Source of the DNA: Squalus acanthias
Taxonomy: Eukaryota
Direction of reading: 5' to 3'
NCBI GenBank assembly: GCA_030390025.1
Contig: CM059432.1
Span: 121,274,001 to 121,338,000, forward strand
Length of the DNA: 64,000 bases
Under the pieces are notes generated by a model. That model was given only the letters and a program-made list of their open reading frames with translations. It did not search any database and had not been told where the DNA came from. The translations under genes and the position numbers were made by a program. Positions 12,236 to 26,118 of the stretch are shown here, one piece after another (position 1 is the first letter of the stretch; every line of letters starts with the position of its first letter).

Positions 12236-14323
12236 AGGTAGAATTCGAATGGCCGGTGGGAGAGCGATCGGGTTGGCTGCCTGATCATGTGAGTGGATGT
12301 TCGAGCTAATTTTCATGGTTGGGCTTCATTTGATTGTAATTGCCGGGGGGGGGGGGCGGGGGGGGGCTCACGAGTTGGCAGCAGGGAGAGGCAGCCCGCC
12401 CACAAATTGGATGGACTTGTGCAGTGCAGGCAAGTATTTAAAGGGTGAATGCACCTCTTAAAGAAAGGTGTCCTTTCACCCAGCAGAAATAATGGCTGGT
12501 TGCATGATTTTTTAAAGACTGAGCAGGATGTCCAAGTCAAGAGCCCGCAGGTTTAGTGACACGGCGGTGAAGGTCTTAATGAAGCAGGTGAGGGCATGAG
12601 GCAAGACTTCTTCCACTCAGATGGCACGATGATCCCTTAATTTAAAAAAAAGAAACAGCAGCAGTAGCTGAAGTTGCCAATGCCCACAGCATCATCCCAA
12701 GGACATTGGTTCAGTGCAACAAGACGTTCAGTGACCTGACCAGGTCAGCAAGGGTGAAATTGATGTCTTGCTGTCTCTATTTCTTTGCATTGACCTTGCC
12801 ACAGCATTTTCTTTCCCCACCCCAGCACTCCAAACTCTTCTCCCATTTCCCACTCCACATGCTGGCTCATGTCAGCTGTGGCTCAGTTGGTAGCACACTC
12901 GCCTCTGAGTCAGAAGGTTGTGGGTTCACGTCCCATTCCAGGGACATAAGCACATAAAGCTAGGCTGACACTCCAGTGCAGTACTGAGGGTCCACTGCAC
13001 TGTCGGCGGTGCCGTCTTTCGGATGAGACGTTAAACCGAGGCCTCGTCTGCTCTCTCAGGTGGATGTAAAAGATCCCATGGCACTATTTCGAAGAAGAGC
13101 AGGGGAGTTATCCCTGGTGTCCTGGCCAATATTTATCCCTCAACCAACATAAACAAAAACAGATTATCTGGTCATTATCACATTGCTGTTTGTGGGACCT
13201 TGCTGTGCGCAAATTGGCTGCCGCGTTTCCCACATTACAACAGTGACTCCACTTCAAATAGTACTTCATTGGCTGTAAAGGTGGTCATGAAAGGCACTAT
13301 ATAAATGCAAGGCTTTCTTTCTTTCTTTCATGTGGCTATGCCCTGTTGGCTACATGTGTGCAGTCAATGGCTGCCTGTACTTGGGTGAACCATGCAATTG
13401 CTGCAAACCCCACAGCTCTTTCCTGTTGGTTCAAGGTGCCCATAGGGGACTTGAAGCACTCAATAGCCTTGATGAAAAGTGCGGCCGTCACCTGCAGGCA
13501 TGGGCTGCAGACTGTTTGATGTGAGGCATGTCCCCCTTGCTGCACTCTGAAAGGAGCCTGAGGGGTAACAGATTAGGGCCATGGTAACCTTTACTGCCAC
13601 CGGCAAAAGTGGAAAGTTTGACTGCAGGTCCTCCTGCGCAGGTCTGTCACAGTTTGTCTTGAAAACTGCAGCCTCCTGATGACTGTCTTTCTGATAGCTT
13701 CAGGTAATTAATCCTTGTTTTATATACCCTATGTGCAGGTTAGACCCTCACTGGTTCTAATCCAGTTCCAATAGTTTCCCCTTAATGCTGCTGCTGTTGA
13801 TACTGCTGCTCCTCCTCCTCCTTCTCCTTCTCCTCCTCCACCTACAGGCGAGCAGCAAGGACGACACCCATCCTCCAAACTTCCCGGACTCTCTCTCTGA
13901 AGAGGTTCTGCAATAAAGTAGTAAAAGACTCTCCAAAAGCTCTAAAAACACAACTAAACCACCATCAGGCAGATTACTGACAGGTGACAGTTTGCAGATG
14001 TGTACCCCTTTAAACAGCCCTGCCGATACCATTTCCAGACTGTACCGGCCAGAATTACTGGGTGGGATCACCACTCCGCAATATTCCTGCTTTGATCAGT
14101 CAAAATGACATTAATGTCCTATTGATACCATATGACCTCGATTTAAATATCTAAGTGAGCCTCCCACCTGCTTCAGGCGGGTGCCTTGGTCGCCTAGCAA
14201 AAGGACCCATACAAAATGGAGTTGGTCGGATCAGCAGCGGGACTGGAGCGATAAGTCTTTTTCCGTGATTTTCATAGCACTAAAGCTCTGTTTCTGCCTG
14301 GCGGAGCCAGTAAAAGTCTACCT
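12236..14323. mobile_element. Degenerate Harbinger element with a Myb/SANT remnant (12528-12755, +)
   Basis: MSKSRARRFSDTAVKVL...IIPRTLVQCNKTFSDLTRSAR is Myb/SANT-like; imperfect TIRs AGGTAGAATT / AAGTCTACCT. Confidence 0.6.
12870..13329 (+). mobile_element. tRNA-derived Deu-domain SINE (SacSINE1-like) with L2-type tail
   Basis: Box A TGGCTCAGTTGG, box B GGTTCACGTCC, Deu-like core GGATGTAAAAGATCCCATGGCACTATT, tail GCACTATATAAATGCAAG(CTTT)n. Confidence 0.85.
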
Positions 14324-14454
14324 GTCTTCCTCCCAAGTATATTGTTTGCTGGAATAGCCTATGGCCTTGTATTAAAAATAAAAGTCTTTGCATCTTATTG
14401 ATTATTTCTATGAACAACACAGTATCATATTCATAACTATGTTTATGTGGGTGT

Positions 14455-15565
14455 AAGCATGGCCCAGTGGTAGCACTCTCACTTCTGAGTCAGAATATAG
14501 TGGGTACAAGCTCCACTCTAGACTAGGCTGAGCGACTGCTACATTGTGGGAGATAATGGCCCAGAAATTGATCTCGCTCTGTTCCCGCGGGGGTAAGGAG
14601 CAGGCGCGATCTCTCACTCCGCGTTGGCTTTTTCAGATCCAGCTCGCACGAACTTGATGTTCCAGACATCAGCTGGGCAGTGCTTGCGTATCCCACCGGC
14701 GTAGTGAATTTGTGCGAGCTGTGGGATCACGTGACTCAGTTAGAGCCAATGGCAGCACACCATCTTCCATTCATAAGTTTCACATACGTGCTGTGAAAGC
14801 TATGAATCTTACACCCCCCCAAAATAACAGCTAAACCTCAATTAAATTTTAAAAAAAAACCATCACATTAATAAAATAAGTATAGTTAAATAAATTAACC
14901 ATTTTAAATAAAAAATTTAAAATCTTTTAAAAAGTTATAAAAATAAACTTACCTGTCTTTAAAGTCTCTAAAAAAGATATACCTGTTAAAAAAAATTCAA
15001 AAAAATACTTAATTCACTACTTACCTTGTTAAAAGTGGGTCTTACTCCTCCTTTTTCCATTTCTAAAATCTTCCGTCCTTACCTGCGCGTCCAAAGCACT
15101 AAGTGCTCAGCGTGCGCGCAGCCTGTAGCGCGCACGCGATGCACCGAGGAACCGCCCCCTTTTCCAAAGACCAAGTGCCGGTTTTCAGCGTATGCGCAGG
15201 GCATGCAGAAAACCGGCAATTGGAGAGAGAATACGCGAGAGTACGCAGTGCGTACTCTCGCGCAGCGGGATCAATTTTCGGCCCGATATCTTTTGGATGA
15301 TATGTTAAACTACTAAACTAAAGTGTGTGCGTAGAAGATTGTATGTTACTACGTAAAGGAAGGCAGGGGAGCTCCCCTGGTGTCCAGGCCAACATTTATC
15401 CCTCAATCAACACATCCAAAAACAAATTGACTATCTATCTCATTGCTGCCTGTGGGATCTTGCTGTGTGTAAATTGTGTGCCACGTTTGCCATAAAAACA
15501 ACAGTGACTACATTTCCAGATGTTTGAAGGATGTGACAGGTGCTGTATAAATGTATGTTCTTCCT
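14455..15565 (+). mobile_element. Older copy of the same SINE, split by a MITE
   Basis: Head TGGCCCAGTGGTAGCACTCTCACTTCTGAGTCAG; the SINE body resumes at 15285 after the MITE. Confidence 0.7.
14558..15284. mobile_element. Harbinger-type MITE (family A)
   Basis: TIRs GGCCCAGAAATTGATCTCGCT / AGCGGGATCAATTTTCGGCCC; collinear with 2453-3218. Confidence 0.85.
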
Positions 15566-16394
15566 TTATCGAATATGTCTGATTTCCAGGGTGGTCCAAT
15601 AGATATTTATCCGAGGTGCCTGTTTAACTGCATGTGATTAGCTAGGATTGAGAAAATGTCACTGAGAACCTGACTTGTATATAGCACGGTCCCAACATAA
15701 CATTATTGACTCTTGTTTCCTAGATTACAACAGTGGCTTACACTTCAAATGTACTTAATTGGCTGTAAAGCGCTTTGGGACATCCTGAGGTTGTGAACAA
15801 TGCTATAGAGATGCAAGCTTTTTTCTTTCCTCATATATGGAACAGAATTGAGTCAGGGTTGAATTACCTATCAGCAGGAGTAGTACTACAACCAGAAGCA
15901 ACCAAATTTTCCACTTGGATTTTCAGTATATTAATTATGTTTTTTCCTTTGACAGTTTGATTATCTTTAGCTTCCACTTGCCTCTACTTGGCTGTCTGCT
16001 GTGCATGGTGCTGCTGAACTGAACAGAGCATGTTATTTCAGTGTTCTGTAGTGCATTCATTTGCAAGTGAGTCAGAATCTTAAAGGCAAATATCTCCACT
16101 GGCATGTCAACAAAAGCTTACAAAGGACATAATCACAATTTCTTTGTTCATGCAAAAATGAAGATTTTTAGATGGGTTTTAGGTTTGGACAGAGTGGAAT
16201 GCATACTGATACGAACCAAAGAGTTTATTAATCAGAATAACGGCGTGCTGAAGGAGCACTGTTTTGGGGGCAAAGGGAGTTGCCACATGAAACGTGGGCT
16301 ACAGCTCAACTGGGCAGCTTCGGATCGGCTACCTGTTAAAATACAGGCTGAATTAAGGCTCATTTAATCTCTATATGGAGCAGAAGCCACTAAG

Positions 16395-17005
16395 TGGACT
16401 AAGTTAATTTGCGTCCCAAAGCAGGCATGATTCTGGTGGTGCACAACAACGGTGTATCAGAACAGAGAGGCCTGAGGGCCGTCCTAATTTCATCCATGGG
16501 CCTCATCATAATTCAGGCGCACTGCAGGCGCCAATCAGGTGCCACGACACAGCTCCAATTTTGGCTGCCCGAGGCCCACAGGTAAGTCTGGGAGGTGGGA
16601 GGAGATCGGGAGGGAGGGCAAGTCAGCAGTGGCCCACTGTTGTTTTGTGGAGCCCAGAAGGAGCACTACTAAACATTTTTGGTCCTTTTTTTTTTGAGCG
16701 GCCTCCCTTAAGGGCCATTGGTCAGGCTGCTCCATACCTGGGCATATGAGTCAGAGCTGGCGAAGCATAAACTCTGATGAATTTACTAATCCGGGTTGGA
16801 AATGAATGTAGGAGTCTCTTTTTAATATTGAAATGAGGCCTGCACTCATTTCAAGCGGGCAGCAGGGCAGCCTAAAAATGGGCCCGGACCAATTTTGCAG
16901 TGGCCAGAGCAACATGCAGATCAGGCGCGGGACCCTGCCCTGCTAAATTTGTTATCGTTGCACCCATTTTACAGCCATAAAACAGGCACAACATTACTGA
17001 ATTCA
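16395..17005. mobile_element. Degenerate Harbinger-type MITE
   Basis: GC-rich arms with motifs shared with other MITEs here (CAGGTAAGT, GGAGCCCAGAAGGAGCACT, CCCATTTTACAG); ends are decayed. Confidence 0.45.
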
Positions 17006-17104
17006 TCATAAGACTTTAAATATAGATAAGCAAAACTTGAAGGGTGAAGAAAAAGGAGAGAATAAACAATAAGGGAAAGTAAACCAGGCAAAGCAAAGAA
17101 ACAA

Positions 17105-17520
17105 AAAGAAAGACTTGCATTTCTATAGCACCTTTCATGACCTCAGGACGTCCCAAAGTGCTTTACAGCCAATGAAGTACATTTGAAGTGTAGTCACTGT
17201 TGTAATATAGGAATCAGGGCAGCCAATGTGCGTACAGCAAGCTCCCACAAACAGCAGTGTAATAATGACCAGGTAATCTGTTTTTGTGTTGTTGATTGAG
17301 GGATAAATATTGGCCAGGACACCAGGGATAACTCCCCTGCTCTTCTTCAAAGTAGTGCCATGGGATCCTGAGAGAGCAGACGGGACCTCGATTTAACGTC
17401 TCATCCGAAAGACAGTACCTCTGACAGTGCAGTGCTCCCTCAGTACTGCACTGAAGTGTCAGCCTGGATTTTTGTGCTCATGCCTCTGGAGTGGGACTTG
17501 AACCCACAAACTTCTGACTT
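17105..17520 (-). mobile_element. Deu-domain SINE (SacSINE1-like)
   Basis: Reverse complement of 12870-13329. Confidence 0.85.
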
Positions 17521-20430
17521 CCCACACTGGATTCCTCTACCAACAGGACTACGCTACTCTACTGACTACACTGTTTGACTCAGCGGTTGTGACTCTGCTC
17601 TGCTTTCAAGTCGCTTCAGGTTTTATGCTGCTGAATTCTTTTCTCAAATTGGTTTCCAATCTCCTGGACTTCTCTGGACATCTAGACTATGTTTCTGCTT
17701 TGAACTACACTGGATTACACCACTACGTTTCTGCACCGGACTGCACTGGATTACACTCTAAGACTTACCTGCTGTGTCTCTATCTCTGCTGCTAAAAGAT
17801 TTTTTAACTTGGAAACTGCGGCTGTGTCTCTGCTGAACTGGCTGCTGCTCCACTTGCTGTCCGGTGACTCGTTCTACCGGTTTTCAGCTTTGCTGGTCGC
17901 TGGCTTGTGGTTTTACTTTTTCTCCGCCGCTTTGATCTACGGTGACCTCCAACTTGCGTCAATTTCGCCATCATCTTTCTGCACCGCTACCGACTCTTAT
18001 TCCTACGGCAACAATCTCCATCCTCGAACTCTCTACCCTTGAAATAGCTTCTGGACATCACTCACCTTTTTGGACAGCGGTTCACCAATGCTCCGTGCCG
18101 GCTCCATGCTTACGTCGACTTTGTCCCTCCATGGGACCTCTGACTTTGACCCTGGTCTCCCTACTATTGTCTCCAACTTATCTCTGCTACCAGGAAATAT
18201 TTATTCCCCTTAATTATTACATTTAACCAGGCCTATGTAACCTGAACTTTTCCCCTGTATCCATTCACATGCTCACTTTGCCTGCCACTCCGGACCCGAG
18301 CCATTCAATATTTTACCACTTTTCTCCCCCTTTTCTTTTTCTCTCTATCCCTCCCTGACCACTCTCTCCTGGCATCATGCCTCCTTTCATCTCTCCTCTC
18401 TCGGATACTCTGCCCTCCCAAATCCCTACCCCAATCCTTCATTACTCTTCGACCTTCCTACTCTCCTGCCATCGTCCCATGTTTGTCTCCCTCTTAGATA
18501 AACCTACAGCTTCCCTCTCTGCCTCTCTTGGCATCCTACGAAGGGCCGATCGAGGCACTTGTCACTGCCTCATTACGAGTAGCAACCCCAACTGTCCCAT
18601 CCGACTCTCTTGCTGACTTTCTCACCCAGCGCGCTCACTGGGGGCTAATCTTGCCAATCTCCTCCCCGTCCAACTCCCAGCTCCCAGCGCTGACCCTGTG
18701 GATGCTGGCAGTGGATCAGCCATCACCGACCCTCTCTGCATCTCCCTCCAGAATGTCCGTTCCCTTGCGAACAAGGCCCTTGCCATCCATGAGCTTATTG
18801 TGGATAATTGCATCGACATCATGGCCCTGACAGAAACTTGGTTGAGGGGTGATGCCACCTTACCCTTAAATGAAGCCTCCCCGCCTGGCTATACCTTCCA
18901 CCCCTTGCCCCGCTCATGGTGGCGGTGTAGCTCTCATCAACAAATAGCACCTTGGTCTGTCGCCCTACTCCTCCAGCACTTTCTCCTCCTTTGAGCATCT
19001 CACCTTATTCCACCCCTCTCACCTCTCATTTAAAATTCTCATTCTCTACTGCACACCCAAGTACCATAAATTTTTTATTACCGAGATATCTTCATTGCTC
19101 TCCTCCCTCAGCCTCTGCACTGAACGACTTCTCATCCTCGGTGATTTCAACCTCCGTCTCAATTCATCATGTTCTCTCTCCTCTGAGTTCACTAGCCTCC
19201 TATCCTCCCTTAATCTCCCCCTCCATGTAAACTCCCCAACCCATATTCACAGCCACCCCCTCGACCTTGCCATCTCTCATGGCCTCATTACTCCCATTGT
19301 GTCAATCGCAGATAAAGCCATCTCTGACCACTTCCTCGTATCGCTCTCCACCCACATCCCCCTTCCACCACCCCCCCACCAGCCCTACTTCCTTCTGTGT
19401 CCACCCCTGGAAAAAACTCTCTCCCAAATCTCTTACAACTGCACTTACAAAATCCCAACTGTCCAGCCTTTGGCCCTCCATTCACCACAACATTTCTGCA
19501 GCTACCGATCTGCTCAACCACACCCTCACCACCACCTTTGATGCCCTAGTCCCTATTAAAACAATTACCCTCTCTCACCCTGGCCGTTCCCCCTGGTCTT
19601 CGCTCCCTTAAGTCCAACGGACGCAGACTTGAACGGATATAGCGGACAACTGGTTTAGCCATTCACAGCCAGATCTGGCTGGACCACATAAAGCATTATC
19701 GGGTCCCGCTCTCATCTGTCAAAATTGCTCACTATTCCAGAATCATTTGGAATGCAAAGATAAACCCCGGCTTCTATTCCCCACTGCTAATCATCTTCTT
19801 AAATCCCCCTCCATTGTCTCCTCCACCCTCACCTCCGACAACAAGTGTGAGGACTTCTTTTACTTCTTTGTCTGTAAGATTGAGACCATCCGTTCAGCTG
19901 CCTCTGCCACTTCCCTTCCTTCCCCTAGCACACCGGGCCAAATTTCCTCGAAGGTTCCCCCCCTGCCCTAGCCCTGAACTCACATCTTTCTCCAGTTTCT
20001 CTCCGATCTCCCCTCATGACCTATCCATGCCCATCTTGTCCATGAGACCCACTTCCTGCTCCCTCGACCCTATTCCCACCAATCTGCTGACCACCCAACT
20101 TTCTTTTCTGGCTCCCATGTTAGCTGACATTGTTAACGGTTCTCTCTCCTCAGGTATTGTCCCCCTCTCCCTCAAATCTGCCGTCATCACCCCTCTCCTC
20201 AAAAAATCAACCCTTGATCCCTCCGTCCTTGCAAACTACTGCCCCATCTCCAACCACCCTTTCCTCTCCAAAGTCCTTGAACATGTTGTTGCCTTCCAAA
20301 TCGATGCCCATCTTTCCTGCAACCCCATGTTTGAATCGCTCCAATCAGGTTTCCGCCCCTGCCACAGTAACAAAACAGCTCTCATCAAAGTCACAAATGA
20401 CATGCTTTGTGACTGTGACAAAGCTAAATT
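17520..20430 (+). mobile_element. L2 LINE 5' part (APE endonuclease and start of RT), 3'-truncated
   Basis: LQNVRSLANK...MALTETWL, LLILGDFN, LDPIPT...KSAVITPLLKK...QSGFRPCHS.KTALIKV. Confidence 0.88.
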
Positions 20431-20499
20431 ATTAGCACAATGGGTCTGCCTATAGGGATCCCTCTATAGGTTGCACCAGCAGAGAACTGTGCCCACCCA

Positions 20500-21410
20500 C
20501 CAGTACCCTTAAGCCCTCATGTATAGGCAGAGGTGCATTTACCTTGATTCATCCAAAGAGCTCTGTCTGCATATGCTAAAATTGACCAGAGAGGCTATGG
20601 CAGAATTGTGCCACTTGCCACAATCTCCACCACAGGCAAGCCTGTCAAAGTCACTTCTGCCTTGAACTTTTATGCTTCGGGCTTCTTGCAGGCTACCACA
20701 GTGGACATCAGCTAATCTGCAGTGCACAGATGTAACCAGTGACTGACTGGTGCATTGTTGGCCAGAGAAAACAACCAGATCACTTTCAACATGGACAACT
20801 GGCTGCACTTCTTTCCAAGAGGCTGCATTCTCCAAAGCCTTAATGTCGCCCCAGTGTTCTGAGCCCTAATCACTGGTTTTAAATTGGCAAAATGAGCGTA
20901 CAGCACATTCCCAGCGAGAAAACTAATAAATAGCGTGTGTGCTCATGCAAATGTTATTTTAATGAATTGTCATATAAAAATGAAACTTTTACCCATTGAT
21001 GACACCCTTGTGGCTTCTGGGCTCTTACATATAAACATTGTCCCTTCATGAACCACAAGGCTTATCATTCCATAAATATCAAGCTCATCTGTGCCCATCA
21101 GCAGAGGATTGTGCAGGTGATGCTTTTATTTTAAGGAATCACACCATGCCCATTAATTTACCCAAGAAAAGTGCACAGTTGGCTCCTATCTTCTAAAATA
21201 CTGGCTAATGACACCCCTATGACAGTTATGCATACCTCCTGAATGCAGGCACAATAGACAGCATGCAGCTATCCAACTTGTTATAGACATATTAAAGAAG
21301 TTCTTCAGACACCTAGACTGATTGGGGCCATCCGACAATATAACCATCCTACAATATAACCTGGCCAAAGTGTCCAGGGTCATTGCAGTCTGCTCCATAT
21401 TCCACAATCA
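20500..21410 (+). pseudogene. Harbinger transposase (HARBI1-like DDE nuclease) remnant
   Basis: Decayed motifs LNFYASGFLQ, IDDTLVA (for IDCTHVA), WLMTP and LQYNLAKVSRVIAVCSIFHN. Confidence 0.65.
20839..20997 (+). repeat. 159-bp dispersed direct repeat, copy 1 (copy 2 at 21881-22039)
   Basis: CTTAATGTCGCCCCAGTGTTCTGAGCCCTAAT...CTCATGCAAAT...TTACCCATT occurs twice. Confidence 0.9.
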
Positions 21411-21880
21411 TTCAGGCACAACCATGGAACACCTGCAGGAGGAGAACCAATGGCAACAAAAGGACAGCCAAAATGAGCAGGAACAGTCTGTACATCAGAG
21501 CTGTACAGCAGGTTCTCATTAATTAGGCTTTTTCCTGAGCATCCCATCCACTCATTACAACAATAGCCTTTTTCATATCATCACCATGCGGTCACGAAAT
21601 AGCGCTTTCACCTACATCGCCTTTAGTTCCTATTCAATTGCCAAAAATTGGATTCTTGTCACCTGCTGATACATTATTCAAAGTCATAACAATGGCACTC
21701 AGGTGGCCCGTATATGGAATTCAAAAAACAGATGGTTCTCTATTTGACCCTGGCTACCCACATATAAAGTGTCACTGCAAATCAAAAAGTAATTCATAGG
21801 GATGCAAAGCGCTGTTAAATGTCCTGAGAGATGAAATAAGATTTTATATAAATGCTAAAGGTCTTTCATTTAAAGGCTGA

Positions 21881-22039
21881 CTTAATGTCGCCCCAGTGTT
21901 CTGAGCCCTAATCTCTGGTATTATATTGGCAAAATGACCGTACAGCACAATCCCAGTGAGACAACTAAGAAATAGCATGTGTACTCATGCAAATATTATT
22001 TTAATTAATTGTCATATAAAATTGAAGCTCTTACCCATT
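21881..22039 (+). repeat. 159-bp dispersed direct repeat, copy 2
   Basis: Same length and collinear with 20839-20997. Confidence 0.9.
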
Positions 22040-22384
22040 TTGGACATCAGGCAAAATGGGTCTCTGCCATATTTTTGATTCCGGATCATCCATTCTGATC
22101 CAGCACCACCAGATGTGACAATCAAAAATGTACCCTATAATGTTGCAGTTAGCGTATTCACTATTACGTGGCTTTTAGATTTTACAGGCCGACAGATTGA
22201 GCAACGTACTAATATACTAACATATACTGCATTACATAATATAACCATCAGTCGTTATATTACCATTTCAGGTATTTTTATAAACCTTTCAATTGTGTTT
22301 AAAACAATCCGCAAATGTTTGAAATATAATGTATTAATGCCGTGTTTCAATATGGATTCTACCTCAGTGAAAATTTACTGGTTC

Positions 22385-23126
22385 TATGCGAAACTGCCAA
22401 TTCTTCCTTTTTCTACCGTTTCTACATGGTGCAACACCTGTGGCTTGAGCAGAGGTAGAGGCAGGCTGCTCAGATCCCTGCTCTGACTGCTGAGATGCTC
22501 TTGGCTGATGATCTCTTCGCTTTGGAGCCCATGAGGGCCCTGCCAAAGATTGCTCCACCTGCACCTGTGCAGGGGGAGATGAGGCAACATGTGGGCTACT
22601 GACTGAGGTGAGGCAATGGGTGAGCAGTAGAAGCACTTTGAATGGAGTCCTCACTTCCATGTCCACTTTTGCCATCATCCCTTTAATAGCCCAGCCGTAT
22701 TTCACTGCTACGCTGTGCTGGAAAACACTTTGGTGCAGATCAGTGGGGCACTGTAAGGCCAAGGCTGAGGTATCTGTCATCCTATTTAAGGTGGCAGACA
22801 TGGTCAAGGCGTGCATTGACTCATTTGATTGGAGCGTTTGATGTTTCATGGCGCTGGCCACTCTATCCATGGAAGAACACATCATCTTAATGGCTTGTGA
22901 AATCAACCCACTCATGCTTGAGGGGTACTCCTCCATTCTCTATGCAATTGGGTGAGTGGGATTGGAAGGCCTGTTAGAGCATCGCACATTCTCTGCTGCT
23001 GCTCAATGATTCGCCTTTTCATTGCTGGCCCCTGGGATACAGCATCTGTGTTCAGCTGAGCAGAGCTTGGAGAGGGCTGGGCCCTCTGACGCGGAGTCTC
23101 CATTGTTGACCCTGAATGAGTCTTGT
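22385..23126 (-). pseudogene. C-terminal part of a Harbinger Myb/SANT accessory gene
   Basis: SPSSAQLNTDAVSQGPAMKRRIIEQQQRMC...MEEYPSSMSG...LAGPSWAP resembles the low-complexity tail at 49356-49820, and lies convergent to the HARBI1 remnant. Confidence 0.55.
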
Positions 23127-26097
23127 GACTCTTTTCAGTACTGAGTCCTTTTAGTCTCATCTGCAATCTCATTTGCATTCACGGGAAAGTCTTTGTCAAC
23201 TGCACCTAGCGTGAAAATCTCACCTTCACTCCCAACACACGAGTCCTCATGTGGCAGCCTGAACAAGGCATCTGTGATTGTGTTCTGCTTTGAAGAGCGA
23301 TATTCAATCATGTAGTCATATTGTGACAACAACACTCCCCAACGTTGCATTCTTGATGCAGCCATTGCAGGGATGGCAGATTTGGGCCCCAATATTGCTA
23401 GGAGTGGTTTGTGATCGGTTATCGGGGTAAAGTTTCTGCCGATCAGGAAATGTTGGAATTTCTTGATTCCAAACATTATGACGAGTGCTTCCTTTTCAAT
23501 TTGCACATAGTTTTTTTCACTCTTTGTGAGAGTTCATGATGTGAACGCTTTTGGTTTCTTTTGGTCATCATCCATTGTGTGGCTTATGACAGCTCCCACA
23601 CTGTAGCTAGAAGCATCACGCACTAACTTAATCTCACGCTCTGTGTCGTAGTGCACAAGTAGAGCATCGCTAGAGAGACTTCTCTTACAAGCATCATAAG
23701 CTTCCTGTTGTGCTTTTGTCCACTTCCACATCCTTCTTGAGGAGCTCGTGCAATGGAGCTAACATGGTCGCTAACTCAGGTAAGAAACGTGCATAGTACT
23801 GGACCATTCCAAGGAAAGATCTTAACTCAGACACATTCTGTGGCTTTGGAGCGTTGATGACAGCATCAACCTTTTCCTTCACTGGTTGCAAGCCATTTGC
23901 ATCAACTTTCAGACCAAGATACACAACCTCAGGCTGCACAAAAGCACATTTGTTCCTTTTCAATTTGACATTGTGGGCATTCAACCTTTGAAGCACTATA
24001 TCTAACACTTCTAGATTTTCTTCCTCGCTGCTTGTTTCGATCAGCACATCGCCTTGATTGCATAAGCAATTTGGAACTCCTTGCAAAATCTTATCCATCG
24101 TAGCCTGGAAGATTTTGGGGGAGGACTTTACACCATACCGCAGCTTGGTGTATGAGTACAGTCCCTTGTGTGTGTTGATAGTGAGATACTGTTGACTCTC
24201 TGTCAATATTCAGCTGAGTGTAAGTGTGCGACAGGTCAAGCTTGGAGAAAACCTTTGACCCAGAGAGTGCTGCATACAAATCTTGTGATGTAGGTAACGG
24301 GTACTGTTCATCATCAACTGCTTGGTTGATAGTAACTTTGTAGTCACCGCACAAGTGTACAGTTTTGTCTGCTTTGGGCACTACCACAATCGGGGTAGCC
24401 CATTCACTTTTGTCAGTTTTTACTAACACTCCGTTCTCTCTCAGTTTCTCCAGCTCTTCCTCCAACTGACTTTTCAACGCATAGTGGACTGGCCTTGCCT
24501 TACAATAGACAGGCTTCGCATTGGACTTGATGTGGATATGCGCATCATACCCAGTGATGCCCTCATAACTGTCTGTGAACATGCTTTCGTACTTGTTCAG
24601 CATTGTGTCGAGTCGCTTCTTTGAAGCATCTACACTGAAGACGTTTTTCCAGTCTAGTTTTAACTTTCTCAACCAGTCTTTGCCAATGAGGGTTGGCCTG
24701 TTGTTGTAGCTCGCTACAATAATAGGCAACTTTACTGACTGGCCATTGTGTTGAACTGTACATTCCATTTGTCCACATGTCTCTAGGATTTCTCCAGAGT
24801 AGGTTTTTAACTCTACGGTACTCTTTGTAAGTGGTATTTGATTAAACTTACTCTCATGTGTCCTTACTCACGATAGAGCAGTCCGTTGCCGTGTCGATAC
24901 ACATACCAATATATTGCTTGTTGATCAAAAGTTTTGTACGGAAGTATTTCTCACGACTGCTATCATTGCTGCTAGTGGCATAGATACTGTAGATGCCTAG
25001 TTCTTCAACATCAGGTGTGTTCACTTCAATATTGTGAACTCCTTCCTTTTGTTGTTGCTGCTTTGCATTGTCACTAGAATGGTTCTTATTTCCTGCTTTA
25101 GATCTCGCTCTGCCAGCTGTTGAAATATGGCCTTGCTTCTGGCAGTGAAAACACTTCGCATTTCTGTGAGTGATTTCCATTGTAGCGATAACAATTCACT
25201 GAACTGCTCTCACTGACATGCTCTTGACTCGGTCTCACAGCTTTAGGTTCGGCGGTGGCTTTGTGACGGTAGACCTCAGCTGCACTAGTCACTTGAGTTG
25301 GATGGAGCTCCCTAGCATTCTTAAATGCCATCTCCATAGATAGGGCAATTTTGCATGCTATATCAAACGTTAGGTTAGGAGTGTTCAGTAACTTGGACTG
25401 TGTGTCCAGTCCACACACAAACTTATCTCACAACGCACGATCCAAGAATGTGCCGAAGTTACAATGCAAAGACAGGTTCTTAATGTACTCACTGATGGTT
25501 TCACTTTGTTTTTGGTTTCTGGTACCAAACTTATAGCTCTCTGCTATTTCTAATGGCTTTGAGTCGAAATGGTCCTCGAGTTTCTCAACAATGTCTTCAA
25601 ACGACGGATCCTTCGCTTTCCCTGGCGCGAGTAGGTTTGTCAATGTTCCGTAGACATCTGGCCCGATCTCTGTTAGAAAAATTGCTTTCTTCTGTTCACA
25701 AATTACTTTATTTTGAGCTTGAACATTCTCATCTGCACCTTCGGTCTCAATAATATTATTGGCCCTAAAAAACATCTCCATCCGCTCAATGTAAGAACTG
25801 AATGGTTCGCGAGCTCGGTCAAACATGCCGAGGCTTCCAATGAATCCCGTAGGTGCGGCCATGATTGTCCCGATCCCATCGAACAGTAACTCAGCACATT
25901 ACCTGTGTACCTGTGAGAATCAATGCCGCTGTTGCTGTGCATACATACACGTGAAGGCGAAGCACAGACGATTCTGCATCAGCATTAACGGTAAAACATC
26001 GCAAAAATTCAGTTTAGGTGTCACAAATTCACCTTAAACTTGTCCACTCGAAGGTTGAACACCGTGTCCTTCCATTATCCCTAAAAATGGCTTTGGG

Positions 26098-26115
26098 ATC
26101 CCATCCTCGTCGCCA
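26098..26115 (-). promoter_or_regulatory. Primer-binding site complementary to the 3' end of tRNA-Ser(GCT)
   Basis: Minus strand TGGCGACGAGGATGGGAT, 3 nt inside the LTR; matches my recollection of the vertebrate tRNA-Ser(GCT) 3' end ATCCCATCCTCGTCG-CCA. Confidence 0.85.
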
Positions 26116-26118
26116 AAA

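Noticed and set aside
12870..12945. tRNA gene
   Set aside because: The A/B boxes belong to a SINE head followed by SINE body and tail; the same applies at 62000-62064.
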